Shown one piece after another: positions 24,970 through 33,778 of a stretch of DNA of 35,377 nucleotides. Below the pieces are notes generated by a model. That model was not told the origin of the DNA. It ran no database searches and was given only the letters and a program-made list of their open reading frames with translations. How positions within the stretch are numbered: the first letter of the stretch is position 1; the number at the start of each line of letters is the position of its first letter. Source of the stretch: Coriobacteriia bacterium (GTDB taxonomy: Bacteria; Actinomycetota; Coriobacteriia; Anaerosomatales; JAENZW01); the NCBI GenBank assembly GCA_029858605.1, contig JAOUET010000002.1, forward strand, positions 1 to 35,377. The letters run 5' to 3'. The position numbers and the translations under genes are program-made.

Positions 24970-25592
24970 TGGGCGAGACTCTTCGCAACCTGGCGTTGCT
25001 GTTCATCGGTGCTGCGCTGGTCAACAACATACTGCTTACCCGGTTCATCGGGCTGTGCCCATTCTTCGGTGTCTCGGGTGCCATGGAGACATCGGTCGGC
25101 ATGGCTGGCGCTGTCGTCTTTGTGATGACTCTCGCCTCGTCGGCAACGTGGGTGTTCTGGAACGCACTGCTTTCGCCGCTCGGCGTCGGAGACTTCCTCT
25201 ACATACCGGCGTTCATTCTTGTGATAGCGGCGCTGGTGCAGTTCGTCGAAATGTACTTGAGGAAGGCTATTCCGACACTGTATCGAGCGATGGGCATATA
25301 CCTGCCGCTCATCACGACGAACTGTGCCGTCCTGGCAACGGCCACGGAGGCCGTGAAGCCCGGTTTCTTCAAGATGAACATCGCCTACAGCTTCGGTTTC
25401 TTCGAGATGCTCGTGTATACGGTTGGCGTCGCCGTTGGATTTGGCTTCGCACTGATCACCTTCGCGGCCCTGAGAGAGCGTCTCGAGGTTGCCCCGGTTC
25501 CGGGCATCCTCAAGGGATCGCCGATGGCGTTCGTCACTGCGGGTCTGCTCTCGCTCGGCTACGTTGGGCTTTCCGGCATGTTCGGTCTTTAG
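24966..25592 (+). CDS. rnfA: Rnf complex subunit A
   Basis: LVNNILLTRFIGLCPFFGVS, YLPLITTNCAVLA. The start is the GTG at 24966 or the ATG at 24969, overlapping the rnfE stop. Confidence 0.9.
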   Translation: MMGETLRNLALLFIGAALVNNILLTRFIGLCPFFGVSGAMETSVGMAGAVVFVMTLASSATWVFWNALLSPLGVGDFLYIPAFILVIAALVQFVEMYLRKAIPTLYRAMGIYLPLITTNCAVLATATEAVKPGFFKMNIAYSFGFFEMLVYTVGVAVGFGFALITFAALRERLEVAPVPGILKGSPMAFVTAGLLSLGYVGLSGMFGL

Positions 25593-25601
25593 GGGTATGG
25601 G

Positions 25602-26519
25602 ATGGAGTTCGAGCTCGTAATCAAGGCAATCGTCGCGCTCAGCGCGATCGGTCTCGTTGCTTCGGCGATGCTGGCAGCGGCTTCACGACGCTTCCATGTC
25701 GAGGTGGACCCGCGCGTGGAGAACGTCCTCTCAGCGCTACCGGGCGCAAACTGCGGAGCGTGCGGGAATCCCTCGTGTTTCGGCGCCGCAGAGGCGATCG
25801 TGGAAGAGAAGATCCCCATCACCTCTTGCACAGCGGGTGGCCAAACCGTCGCTGACGAGGTAGCGGGGATCATGGGCGTCGAACCTTGTGCCGTGGCGGC
25901 GATCGTGTCCATGCGTCATTGCGGCGGTGGCCGGGCGGCTTCGAAGGCGTACGACTACAGCGGACTCCTGTCATGCATCGCCGTCGCACGCCTCGCTGGC
26001 GGAGATCTCACATGCCCGTACGGGTGCTTCGGGTATGGCGACTGCGCGCGTGCATGTCCTTTCAGCGCGATCACCATGGACGACAGGAACCTGCCGGTCG
26101 TGGACCTGGAGAAATGCACCGGATGTGAGGTGTGCGTGGCCGAGTGTCCGCGCGGGCAGGCCGGTCTCCTCGCGATGGCTCCGGCAGAGGGTGCCGTGGC
26201 CGTGCGCTGCAACTCGCACGACAAGGCCAAAGCGCGCAAGGCGTATTGCCCGATGTGCTGCATCGCGTGCAAGAAGTGCGAGAAGGTCTGTCCGGCCGAT
26301 GCGATCCACGTGATTGACCTTCTCGCAATCGTGGACTACGAGAAGTGCACGGGGTGCGGGCAGTGTGTCGCCGTATGCCCGCCAGAATGCATCGATTTGG
26401 CCGGGCGCGACGCGATAGAGTCGGCGGTGCGCCTCGACGGTCGCGGCCCGAAGGTCGACGGATTCGTGCCTCGTGAGGTAGTCGCGGAGGAGAGTACCGA
26501 GGAGGCTCCTGCCGAGTGA
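25602..26519 (+). CDS. rnfB: Rnf complex subunit B (membrane-anchored polyferredoxin)
   Basis: N-terminal TM helix. CGACGNPSC...CTAGG 4Fe-4S (RnfB/B12-like) domain. Several CxxCxxCxxxCP motifs (CTGCEVCVAECP, CIACKKCEKVCP, CTGCGQCVAVCP). Confidence 0.9.
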   Translation: MEFELVIKAIVALSAIGLVASAMLAAASRRFHVEVDPRVENVLSALPGANCGACGNPSCFGAAEAIVEEKIPITSCTAGGQTVADEVAGIMGVEPCAVAAIVSMRHCGGGRAASKAYDYSGLLSCIAVARLAGGDLTCPYGCFGYGDCARACPFSAITMDDRNLPVVDLEKCTGCEVCVAECPRGQAGLLAMAPAEGAVAVRCNSHDKAKARKAYCPMCCIACKKCEKVCPADAIHVIDLLAIVDYEKCTGCGQCVAVCPPECIDLAGRDAIESAVRLDGRGPKVDGFVPREVVAEESTEEAPAE

Positions 26520-26881
26520 CCCGTGGCGATGGGATCGTACTCGCCTGCGTCTTGGCTGTTGCGCTGCTGAGCGTTCCCGCAGTCTTGGCCGTGGCCGATG
26601 CAGGGTCTGCGGCCGCACTCATCAGTGGCCCGGCTGGCCAGACCGAGACCACTCTGAGCGACAACGCTCGCTACACGGTTGAGGGCAGGGAGGGGACTGT
26701 TGTCTTCGAGGTTCGCGACGGGCATCTGCTTTGCACCTCGTCTTCATGTGCCGACCAGGTCTGCGTGCGCCAGCGGGAGGCGCTTCCCGGACGACCTGTC
26801 GTTTGCGCTCCGAACGGAGTTGTCGCGAGGGTGAGTGGTGCGGCGGCCAAGGAGGCGTCGCTCGATGCGGTCTCGCGGTAG
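26516..26881 (+). CDS. NusG-domain-II-containing (DUF1312-like) membrane-anchored protein
   Basis: The GTG overlaps the rnfB stop (GTGA). N-terminal TM/signal anchor, then a beta-rich domain with SCADQVCVRQ...RPVVCAPNGVVARV. This is the Cys pattern I associate with the NusG_II family. Confidence 0.65.
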   Translation: MTRGDGIVLACVLAVALLSVPAVLAVADAGSAAALISGPAGQTETTLSDNARYTVEGREGTVVFEVRDGHLLCTSSSCADQVCVRQREALPGRPVVCAPNGVVARVSGAAAKEASLDAVSR

Positions 26882-27401
26882 CCAGACCTCAGCCCGATCG
26901 GTGGCCCTGGCCTCGATGCTGCTCGCGTTCGGAGCCTGTCTCGGCTACGCGGAGTCCGTTCTCCTACCGCCGTTGCCTGTGCCGGGCGTGCGTTTGGGAC
27001 TCGCGAATCTCGCGGTCGTCGTGACGCTTGCCACCCTTGGCAGCACCTATGCCCTGGTAGTGTCCTTGGGTAGGGTGCTCATCGTCTCGTTTGCAGCAGG
27101 TTCGCTCGGCGGTCCGGCGTTCGCAATGTCGCTCGCTGGGGCTCTAGCCGCTTGGTCGGTGATGTCGCTGTTGGCCCGGAAGGAAGGCATCTTCTCACCC
27201 GTGGGATGGTCGGTCGCGGGATCTGCGGCTCACGTGATCGCACAGTTGCTTCTGGCGGCTTGGCTGGTGGGATCGCAAGCACCACTTGCCATGACACCCC
27301 TGTCCTTGCTGGCAAGTGTACCCACCGGACTGGTCATCGGATACTCTGCACGTCTCCTTGTCTCCCGAATACCCCAAACCACGCTGGCATTCGGACGATA
27401 G
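26865..27401 (+). CDS. Gx-transporter-family membrane protein (formerly heptaprenyl diphosphate synthase component I, PF07456-like)
   Basis: YAESVLLPPLPVPGVRLGLANLAVVVTL and SVAGSAAHVIAQLLLA match the family hallmarks (PG.KLGLANI and GA..HN.GQ). About 5 TM helices. The ATG at 26865 follows AAGGAGG and overlaps the previous gene by 17 nt. Confidence 0.7.
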   Translation: MRSRGSQTSARSVALASMLLAFGACLGYAESVLLPPLPVPGVRLGLANLAVVVTLATLGSTYALVVSLGRVLIVSFAAGSLGGPAFAMSLAGALAAWSVMSLLARKEGIFSPVGWSVAGSAAHVIAQLLLAAWLVGSQAPLAMTPLSLLASVPTGLVIGYSARLLVSRIPQTTLAFGR

Positions 27402-27414
27402 GGAGGTGGCGCTG

Positions 27415-28077
27415 GTGGCGCCACGGACTCTCGGGGCGCTGCTGCGCTCGAGGGAGTTGTTGCTGAGCGGTTGTCCTGAGTCCGTCTCGGACGCGGGACT
27501 GATCGCGGTACTCATAGGGGACACCAGCGACGAGCGCGGCAGGAGCATCCTCTCATCTCACGAAAGCCCTGCTGCACTCTGGCGAGTGTCGGCCGAGGAC
27601 CTGACGGCGGTTCCGGGCGTAGGGCCTGCTGGTGCCGCTCGGGTGCTTGCCGGTCTCGAGATAGGGCGGCGGGCGAGCGTCTGGCGGCTCGATGAGCGCC
27701 CATGCGTGAACACGCCGGAGGATGTCGTGGCTCTGTGTTGGCCGCAGCTGCGTGGATCCGACCGCGAGCACTTCTGGGCGCTCGCACTCAACACCAAGAA
27801 TCGCCTGCTGAAGACGGTCGAAGTGTCCGTTGGCAGCTTGAACGCGTCGATTGTCCATCCCAGGGAGTTGTTCAAGGAAGCGGTACGATTGTCGGCGGCA
27901 TCCGTGGTGGTTGTACACAATCACCCGAGTGGAGACTCGACACCGTCCGGGGCGGACATCCAGCTCACTCGTCGACTGGTAAAAGGGGGAGACGTTTTGG
28001 GCATAGACCTACTCGACCATGTCGTCATCGGTGACGGTGGCGAGCATTCAAGCATGCGGGAACTCGGTCTGATATAG
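27415..28077 (+). CDS. radC: RadC-family JAB/MPN-domain protein
   Basis: HhH-like N-terminus (VPGVGPAGAARVL). JAMM motif VVHNHPSGDSTPSGADIQLT. Sits at the conserved position upstream of mreB. GTG at 27415 after GGGAGG; the ORF is open from 27316. Confidence 0.85.
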   Translation: MAPRTLGALLRSRELLLSGCPESVSDAGLIAVLIGDTSDERGRSILSSHESPAALWRVSAEDLTAVPGVGPAGAARVLAGLEIGRRASVWRLDERPCVNTPEDVVALCWPQLRGSDREHFWALALNTKNRLLKTVEVSVGSLNASIVHPRELFKEAVRLSAASVVVVHNHPSGDSTPSGADIQLTRRLVKGGDVLGIDLLDHVVIGDGGEHSSMRELGLI

Positions 28078-28176
28078 GCGCCCGCGGGCACCGACGACCT
28101 TCCTACCAGCAGTATGTTGCCAGTTGGTGGGCGTGACAGCACCGTCGCTGTGCTACACTTGTCCGCGTTTGAGGGT

Positions 28177-28211
28177 ACGGCCGTTCGGCGGAAGCGCTGA
28201 CGGGCCGTTTT
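28177..28211 (+). terminator. Possible intrinsic terminator after radC
   Basis: ACGGCCGT (28177-28184) can pair with ACGGGCCGT (28200-28208) with a one-nt bulge. It is followed by TTTT. Confidence 0.3.
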
Positions 28212-28284
28212 GTCATGCTCTCAGCGTGCAACAGGGGGTTTGGATCTGCTGGTCTGGGCGCGCTGGGAAAGGAGAAGGCGACAC

Positions 28285-29325
28285 ATGTCGCTTGTCGATA
28301 TGTTCTTCAACTCTTGGGGCGGCGATATGGCCGTCGACCTCGGCACGGCGAACACGCTTGTATCTGTTCGCGGCAGGGGGATCGTCTTGATCGAGCCTTC
28401 GGTCGTTGCCGTAGAGAAGGATACGAAGCGGGTCTTGGCCGTTGGAATCGAGGCCAAGCGGATGCTGGGGCGCACGCCGGGCAGTATTGTGGCGATTCGG
28501 CCCTTGAAGGACGGCGTCATCGCCGACTTCGAGGTGACCGAGGCCATGCTCAGGTACTTCATAAACAAGACGCGGATCAAGCGCTTTCCGTGGCAGCCCA
28601 AACCGCGAGTCGTCGTGTGCGTCCCGAGTGGCGTCACGGAAGTCGAGAAAAGGGCGGTGTTCGAGGCGACGATGCAGGCCGGCGCCCGGCAGGCATACTT
28701 GATCGAGGAGCCCATGGCGGCTGCGATCGGGTGCGGTCTGCCGATTCAAGAGCCGACTGGGAACATGGTCGTCGATATCGGCGGGGGCACGACGGAGGTG
28801 GCCGTGATCTCGCTCGGCGGAATCGTCGAAGCCGAGTCCATCCGCATCGCCGGTGACGAGTGCGACGAGGCGATCGTGAGCCACGTCAAGCGTGCCCACA
28901 ACGTTCTGATCGGTGAGCGCACTGCCGAAGAGATCAAGTTCGAGATCGGTTCTGCGTGGCCTCTACTGGAGGAGGTCGACGCAGAGGTTCGCGGTCGCGA
29001 TCTCGTCACGGGCCTTCCGCGGACCGTTTCTCTCGAGTCCGAGGAGGTTCGAGATGCGCTCGAAGAACCCCTCCTGGCCATCATCGCCACCGTCAAGGCC
29101 ACACTGGAGCGCACGCCGCCTGAGCTGGCGAGCGATCTGATGGAGTACGGGATAGTACTCACAGGTGGTGGCTCGCTGCTCCGCGGCATGGACGAACGTT
29201 TGCGGCATGAGACAGGGATGCCCGTGCACGTCTCGGACAACGCGCTCACAAATGTCGTCGACGGGTCGGCGATGGCTCTCGAAGAGATTGACACGCTCAA
29301 GAAGGTCCTCACCGGCGGCCGCTAG
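28285..29325 (+). CDS. mreB: Rod-shape-determining actin homolog MreB
   Basis: [47 protein letters not shown]. The ATG at 28285 follows AAAGGAGAAGG. The upstream extension to 28210 is rejected. Confidence 0.95.
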   Translation: MSLVDMFFNSWGGDMAVDLGTANTLVSVRGRGIVLIEPSVVAVEKDTKRVLAVGIEAKRMLGRTPGSIVAIRPLKDGVIADFEVTEAMLRYFINKTRIKRFPWQPKPRVVVCVPSGVTEVEKRAVFEATMQAGARQAYLIEEPMAAAIGCGLPIQEPTGNMVVDIGGGTTEVAVISLGGIVEAESIRIAGDECDEAIVSHVKRAHNVLIGERTAEEIKFEIGSAWPLLEEVDAEVRGRDLVTGLPRTVSLESEEVRDALEEPLLAIIATVKATLERTPPELASDLMEYGIVLTGGGSLLRGMDERLRHETGMPVHVSDNALTNVVDGSAMALEEIDTLKKVLTGGR

Positions 29326-29340
29326 GATGCGTGGCACTCC

Positions 29341-30198
29341 ATGAAGCTGCCCCAGTCCGACAGAACGGTCGGAAACGCTGGCGTACTGGCGATTCTGCTG
29401 GTTGCCGCGATCGTGCTGATGACTATGTCTGCACGCGAGGGCGAGCAAGGGATGTTGCATCGTACTCGCAAGGCACTCCAGGCTGCGACGGCTCCGATCG
29501 CCAGCGTGGGCACGTGGATCTCGACGCCGGTGCGTGCGGTCACAGACTGGGCCGGCGGCCTATCCGTCTCTAGAAGCGAGGTCGATGAGCTGCAGACGCA
29601 AAACGAGGAGTTGCGGCAGCGTGTCGCGGAGCTGGAGGAAGCCCGTCTCGAGAACGAGCGTCTGCGGACTTTGGTTGGCTTCACCGAAGCCCGGAAGCTC
29701 GAGGCGTTGGGCGCGCGCGTGATAGCTCGGCCAACCAGCTCGTGGGAGTCCGTCATCGTCATCGACAGAGGAACTGCGGATGGCGTTGAGCCCGGGATGC
29801 CGGTGCTGGCGCCGCAGGGCCTTCTCGGGCAGACCGTGGAGGTCACCGAACACAGCGCGAAGGTGCGTCTGATAGTCGATCAGAGGAGTGGCGTGGCCGG
29901 CATGGTGCAGTCTACCCGAGCCGAAGGGATCGTGCGCGGTTCGGTAGAAGGCGGTTTGGACATGGAGTACGTCTCCCGAGAAACGACGGTCGTTGCCGGC
30001 GACATCGTGCTCACTTCCGGAATGGGCGGTGTCTATCCGAAGGGACTCCTGATCGGCGAGGTGAGCAAGGTCGATCTTCCCGAGAACGCGCTCTTCTCGA
30101 TCATCGAAGTGCGCCCGTCGGCTCGCCTCCAGGGCGTGGAGGAAGTGATCGTGCTGGTCGGGGCCACTTCGACTGCGGATGTGGGAGACGGCGAATGA
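29341..30198 (+). CDS. mreC: Rod-shape-determining protein MreC
   Basis: N-terminal TM helix, coiled coil ELQTQNEELRQRVAELEEARLENERLRTLVGF, and beta-barrel domains with TSGMGGVYPKGLLIGEV. Confidence 0.9.
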   Translation: MKLPQSDRTVGNAGVLAILLVAAIVLMTMSAREGEQGMLHRTRKALQAATAPIASVGTWISTPVRAVTDWAGGLSVSRSEVDELQTQNEELRQRVAELEEARLENERLRTLVGFTEARKLEALGARVIARPTSSWESVIVIDRGTADGVEPGMPVLAPQGLLGQTVEVTEHSAKVRLIVDQRSGVAGMVQSTRAEGIVRGSVEGGLDMEYVSRETTVVAGDIVLTSGMGGVYPKGLLIGEVSKVDLPENALFSIIEVRPSARLQGVEEVIVLVGATSTADVGDGE

Positions 30199-30707
30199 GG
30201 CGCGCGCTTCCATCTATGGCGGCGATCCTTGCGGGGACTCTGCTTCAGGTGTCGATCGCCCCGCAGATAGCCATCGGGGGAACGGTCCCGAATCTGTTGC
30301 TGCTCGTCACCGTCACGGTGGCTCTCGTCGAGGGGTCTCGGGCCGGCGCGATCGGCGGGTTCGCTGCAGGACTCGTGTTCGATCTGCTTGGCACGGGGCC
30401 AGTCGGTGCCATGGCCTTCGTCTTGGCCCTGATCGGACATCTCGCAGGATCGCTGCAGGAGCAGATGTTTGCCGAGGGATGGCGTCTACCTGTGTCGGTC
30501 GTTGCGCTGGCGAGCCTACTGTCCGAGGTGGCGTACTGGCTGGTCCTGTGGGTGAACGGGGCGGCGCCACCGTTCCTTGCGACGCTTTCGCAGGTGATAG
30601 TGCCGAGTGCATTGTATAATGGCGCCTTGGCGCTGCTGGTCTATCCTTGGTTGGCGCGGCTGTTGCGCCGGGAGCGGCCCGTGAGGACCTTCAGCCGTCT
30701 CGCGTAG
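30195..30707 (+). CDS. mreD: Rod-shape-determining protein MreD
   Basis: ATGA overlap with mreC. 170-aa polytopic membrane protein with P(N/D)LLLLV and GL..D motifs typical of MreD. Confidence 0.75.
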   Translation: MRRALPSMAAILAGTLLQVSIAPQIAIGGTVPNLLLLVTVTVALVEGSRAGAIGGFAAGLVFDLLGTGPVGAMAFVLALIGHLAGSLQEQMFAEGWRLPVSVVALASLLSEVAYWLVLWVNGAAPPFLATLSQVIVPSALYNGALALLVYPWLARLLRRERPVRTFSRLA

Positions 30708-30782
30708 TGGGCGATCACGGTCGGCGGGGAACAACCGTGCAGCGACGGAGTATCCGGGCCCAGGCCCCGTGAGGTCGTGTAG

Positions 30783-32639
30783 ATGTCGCCTTTCCGTGAA
30801 CAACTCAGAGGCCGTTTCGCGGTTCTCGGCATTGTCGTTCTCGTAAGTCTTGGCGTGCTGCTGGTCCGGCTCTGGAGCATGCAGGTTCTCGCGGGAGCGG
30901 ACTACGTGGCACTTGCGAACGACAACCGCGTTCGCGAGATCACACTGGATGCGCCCCGAGGACGGATCCTTGACCGCGACGGCGAGGAGCTCGTTTCGAA
31001 CCGGGCTTCCCTCGCGGTGAGTGTCGCACCTTCGGCAAAAGACGACGAGGAGATGCTGTATCGCCTGTCGATCTTGCTGGACAGGCCGCTGGAGGAGATC
31101 AAGGAGCGGGTCGCGTCCACGCGCGAGGAAGCGTTGCGCCCCAGGATAGTCTCGCTGGACGTATCGCGGGACGTAGTGAGCTACCTTGCCGAACACGAGT
31201 CCGAGTACCCCGGGGTCGAGGTCCAGGTGGTCGCCGTGAGGGAGTACCCGCAAGGGAGCCTCGCCGCACACGTTCTCGGCTACACCGGAGAAATCTCCGA
31301 GGAGCAAATCGAACAGCCGGAGTTCTCGAGCTACGCACTTGGCGACATCGTCGGCAAGACTGGCGCGGAGCGGCAGTTCGAGTCCGTTCTGCAGGGCGAC
31401 AAGGGATATCGGCGCCTAGAGGTGGACGCGCGAGGGCGACAACGGCACATCATCGAAGAAGGGCAGGCGATACCCGGGCGAGACGTCGTACTGACGATCG
31501 ACTCCGAAGTCCAGGAGGTTGCCGAGAAGGCGCTCACGAATGCGATCAGAGATGCCCATCTTGACGAGTACCCGAAAGCGAAGGCTGGGGCGGCCGTCGC
31601 CCTCGATGTCAGGACCGGCGAAGTGCTCGCGATGGCGAGCCTGCCCACCTACGATCCGACACTCTTCCTCGGCGGCATCTCGGAGGAGAACTGGGAGCGT
31701 CTGAACGCCAAGGGAAGCGAGTACCCGCTCACCAACAGGGCGATCATGGCGCAGTACCCGCCAGCGTCGACGTTCAAAGGCATCACTGGGCTCGCCGGAC
31801 TTCGATACGGGGTGACCCGGGAATGGGCGATGTACTACTGCCCAGGCAAGTGGATCGAGATGGGCGAGCAGTGGCCCAAGTGGTGCTGGAACAGATCCGG
31901 GCATAGGGAGATCACGTTCCACAGTGGAATCGTCGAGAGCTGCGACACGGTCTTCTACGAGATCGGCTACGAGTTCTACAAGCAGGGCGACGAGAAGCTG
32001 CAGAAGTTCGCGAGGCAGTTCGGCTTCGGGAGTCCGCTCGGGATAGACCTCCCAGGTGAGGTTGACGGCCGCGTGCCCGACGCGGCGTGGAAGGCCGAAT
32101 TCAACAAGAACTACCCCGAGTACCAGCAGTGGTTGCCCGGAGACACGGTCAACATCGCCATCGGCCAAGGCGATTTGCTGGCCACTCCGCTCCAGATGGC
32201 TGCGGCATATGCCGGCATCGCCAACGACGGGAAGATCATGCGGCCGCACGTCTTGAAAGAGGTGCGTGACGAGAGCGGTCAGGCGGTTCTGGAGTACGAG
32301 GAGGATGTGGCGGCCGAACCCGATGTCACAACGCAGAGCCTCGCTGTGATGCGGCGTGGTCTGCGAGACGTGACGGAGGAGGGGACGGCCGAAGGCGCAT
32401 TCGCGGACTTCGGAGCGGCCGTCGCCGGCAAGACTGGAACGGCACAGGTGACCGGGAAGGACGACTACGCGTGGTTCGTGGGGTTCGCTCCGATCGAGGA
32501 CCCGCGGTACGCGGTAGCCATCGTTATCGAACAGGGTGGCCACGGGGGTTCGATCGCCGCTCCGGCCGCCAGAGAGATACTCGCTGCCCTCCTCGGCCTG
32601 CCGGTGGAACACGTTCGGGCAGTAGACGTTTCGAGGTGA
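30783..32639 (+). CDS. mrdA: Penicillin-binding protein 2 (elongasome class B transpeptidase)
   Basis: N-terminal TM helix and PBP dimerisation domain (RGRILDRDG). Transpeptidase motifs STFK, SCD (SxN position) and KTGTAQ. Confidence 0.9.
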   Translation: MSPFREQLRGRFAVLGIVVLVSLGVLLVRLWSMQVLAGADYVALANDNRVREITLDAPRGRILDRDGEELVSNRASLAVSVAPSAKDDEEMLYRLSILLDRPLEEIKERVASTREEALRPRIVSLDVSRDVVSYLAEHESEYPGVEVQVVAVREYPQGSLAAHVLGYTGEISEEQIEQPEFSSYALGDIVGKTGAERQFESVLQGDKGYRRLEVDARGRQRHIIEEGQAIPGRDVVLTIDSEVQEVAEKALTNAIRDAHLDEYPKAKAGAAVALDVRTGEVLAMASLPTYDPTLFLGGISEENWERLNAKGSEYPLTNRAIMAQYPPASTFKGITGLAGLRYGVTREWAMYYCPGKWIEMGEQWPKWCWNRSGHREITFHSGIVESCDTVFYEIGYEFYKQGDEKLQKFARQFGFGSPLGIDLPGEVDGRVPDAAWKAEFNKNYPEYQQWLPGDTVNIAIGQGDLLATPLQMAAAYAGIANDGKIMRPHVLKEVRDESGQAVLEYEEDVAAEPDVTTQSLAVMRRGLRDVTEEGTAEGAFADFGAAVAGKTGTAQVTGKDDYAWFVGFAPIEDPRYAVAIVIEQGGHGGSIAAPAAREILAALLGLPVEHVRAVDVSR

Positions 32640-32642
32640 GCA

Positions 32643-33758
32643 GTGGTTCGGACTGACGCCAACAGATTCAACCGGTGGGTGAACCTGCCCCTCCTCGTGA
32701 CTGCGGCATTGCTGGTTGTCTTCGGCAGCGTCGTGGTGCAGTCGGCGACGTCCGCGATGGCCGGCGGCGACGTGTTGTTCAGGCGTCATCTCTTCGGAAT
32801 CGGCCTCGGCCTGGTGATGATGGCGCTTGCATGGGCATTCGACTACACGTCGCTCAAGGCCTACCTAGGCCCGCTGATTATCCTGGACGCGTTTCTGGTC
32901 ATCAGTCCTCGCATTCCGGGACTGGGGGACACGGCCAGAGGCGCAACGTCGTGGTTGGAGATTGCGGGGTTCAGGCTGTTCCAGCCGTCAGAGCCCGCCA
33001 AGCTTGTGACGATCGCGATCATGGCGATCGTGATATCGCAGTACAAGGGGCGTATTGAGGAGAAGAAGGACGTGGCCCGCGTGATGGGCTACCTGATGAT
33101 CCCGCTCGCACTGATTCTCCTGCAGCCGGACCTCGGCACCGGAATGGTGTTCGTGGCGATCGCGATGGGCATGCTCCTCATCGGTGGCCTGAAGCCGCGG
33201 TGGTTCATCGCGTTTGCACTGGCGGGTGTCGTCATCGTCGCCGGGGTCCTGTACTTCAACGTGCTCGAGCAGTACCAGGAAGATCGGCTGGTGGTGTTTG
33301 TCGAACCGAGCCGCGATCCCTGGGGCGCAGGCTACAACTTGGCCCAGTCCAAGATCGCCATCGGATCCGGTGAGATCACGGGAAAGGGTCTCGGTTCGGG
33401 CACGCAGTCGAATCTGAACTTCCTCCCAGAGCGTCACACGGACTTCATCTTCTCGGTACTTGGGGAGGAACTTGGGTTCGTGGGCGCCGTCATGCTGCTC
33501 GGGCTGTATCTAGTTCTGCTGGTCGTCGCACTGGAGATCGCCGCGTCCTCCCGTGACCTCAGTGGCTCGCTGATCGTGGCGGGACTCATCAGCATGTGGA
33601 CCTTCCAGATTCTGGTCAACATGGGCATGACCATTGGCCTGATGCCGATTACCGGCATCCCTCTGCCGTTCATGAGCTTTGGAAGCTCGTCCATGGTCAC
33701 CAACCTGGTGGGAACGGGTATGCTTCTGTCCGTGTGGGCACGGCGGTATGGCGTCTAG
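32643..33758 (+). CDS. rodA: SEDS-family peptidoglycan glycosyltransferase RodA
   Basis: FQPSEPAKL, PERHTDFIFSVLGEELGF and TGIPLPFMSFGSS. Its position after mreBCD-mrdA argues for RodA rather than FtsW. Confidence 0.9.
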   Translation: MVRTDANRFNRWVNLPLLVTAALLVVFGSVVVQSATSAMAGGDVLFRRHLFGIGLGLVMMALAWAFDYTSLKAYLGPLIILDAFLVISPRIPGLGDTARGATSWLEIAGFRLFQPSEPAKLVTIAIMAIVISQYKGRIEEKKDVARVMGYLMIPLALILLQPDLGTGMVFVAIAMGMLLIGGLKPRWFIAFALAGVVIVAGVLYFNVLEQYQEDRLVVFVEPSRDPWGAGYNLAQSKIAIGSGEITGKGLGSGTQSNLNFLPERHTDFIFSVLGEELGFVGAVMLLGLYLVLLVVALEIAASSRDLSGSLIVAGLISMWTFQILVNMGMTIGLMPITGIPLPFMSFGSSSMVTNLVGTGMLLSVWARRYGV

Positions 33759-33778
33759 CCTTCGAGGAAGGACTCGTT

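Noticed and set aside
28117-28159. TTGCCA ... TGcTACACT as a possible mreB promoter
   Set aside because: The spacing between the -35-like and -10-like hexamers is 31 nt, so they are not a functional pair. The extended -10 alone is weak evidence.
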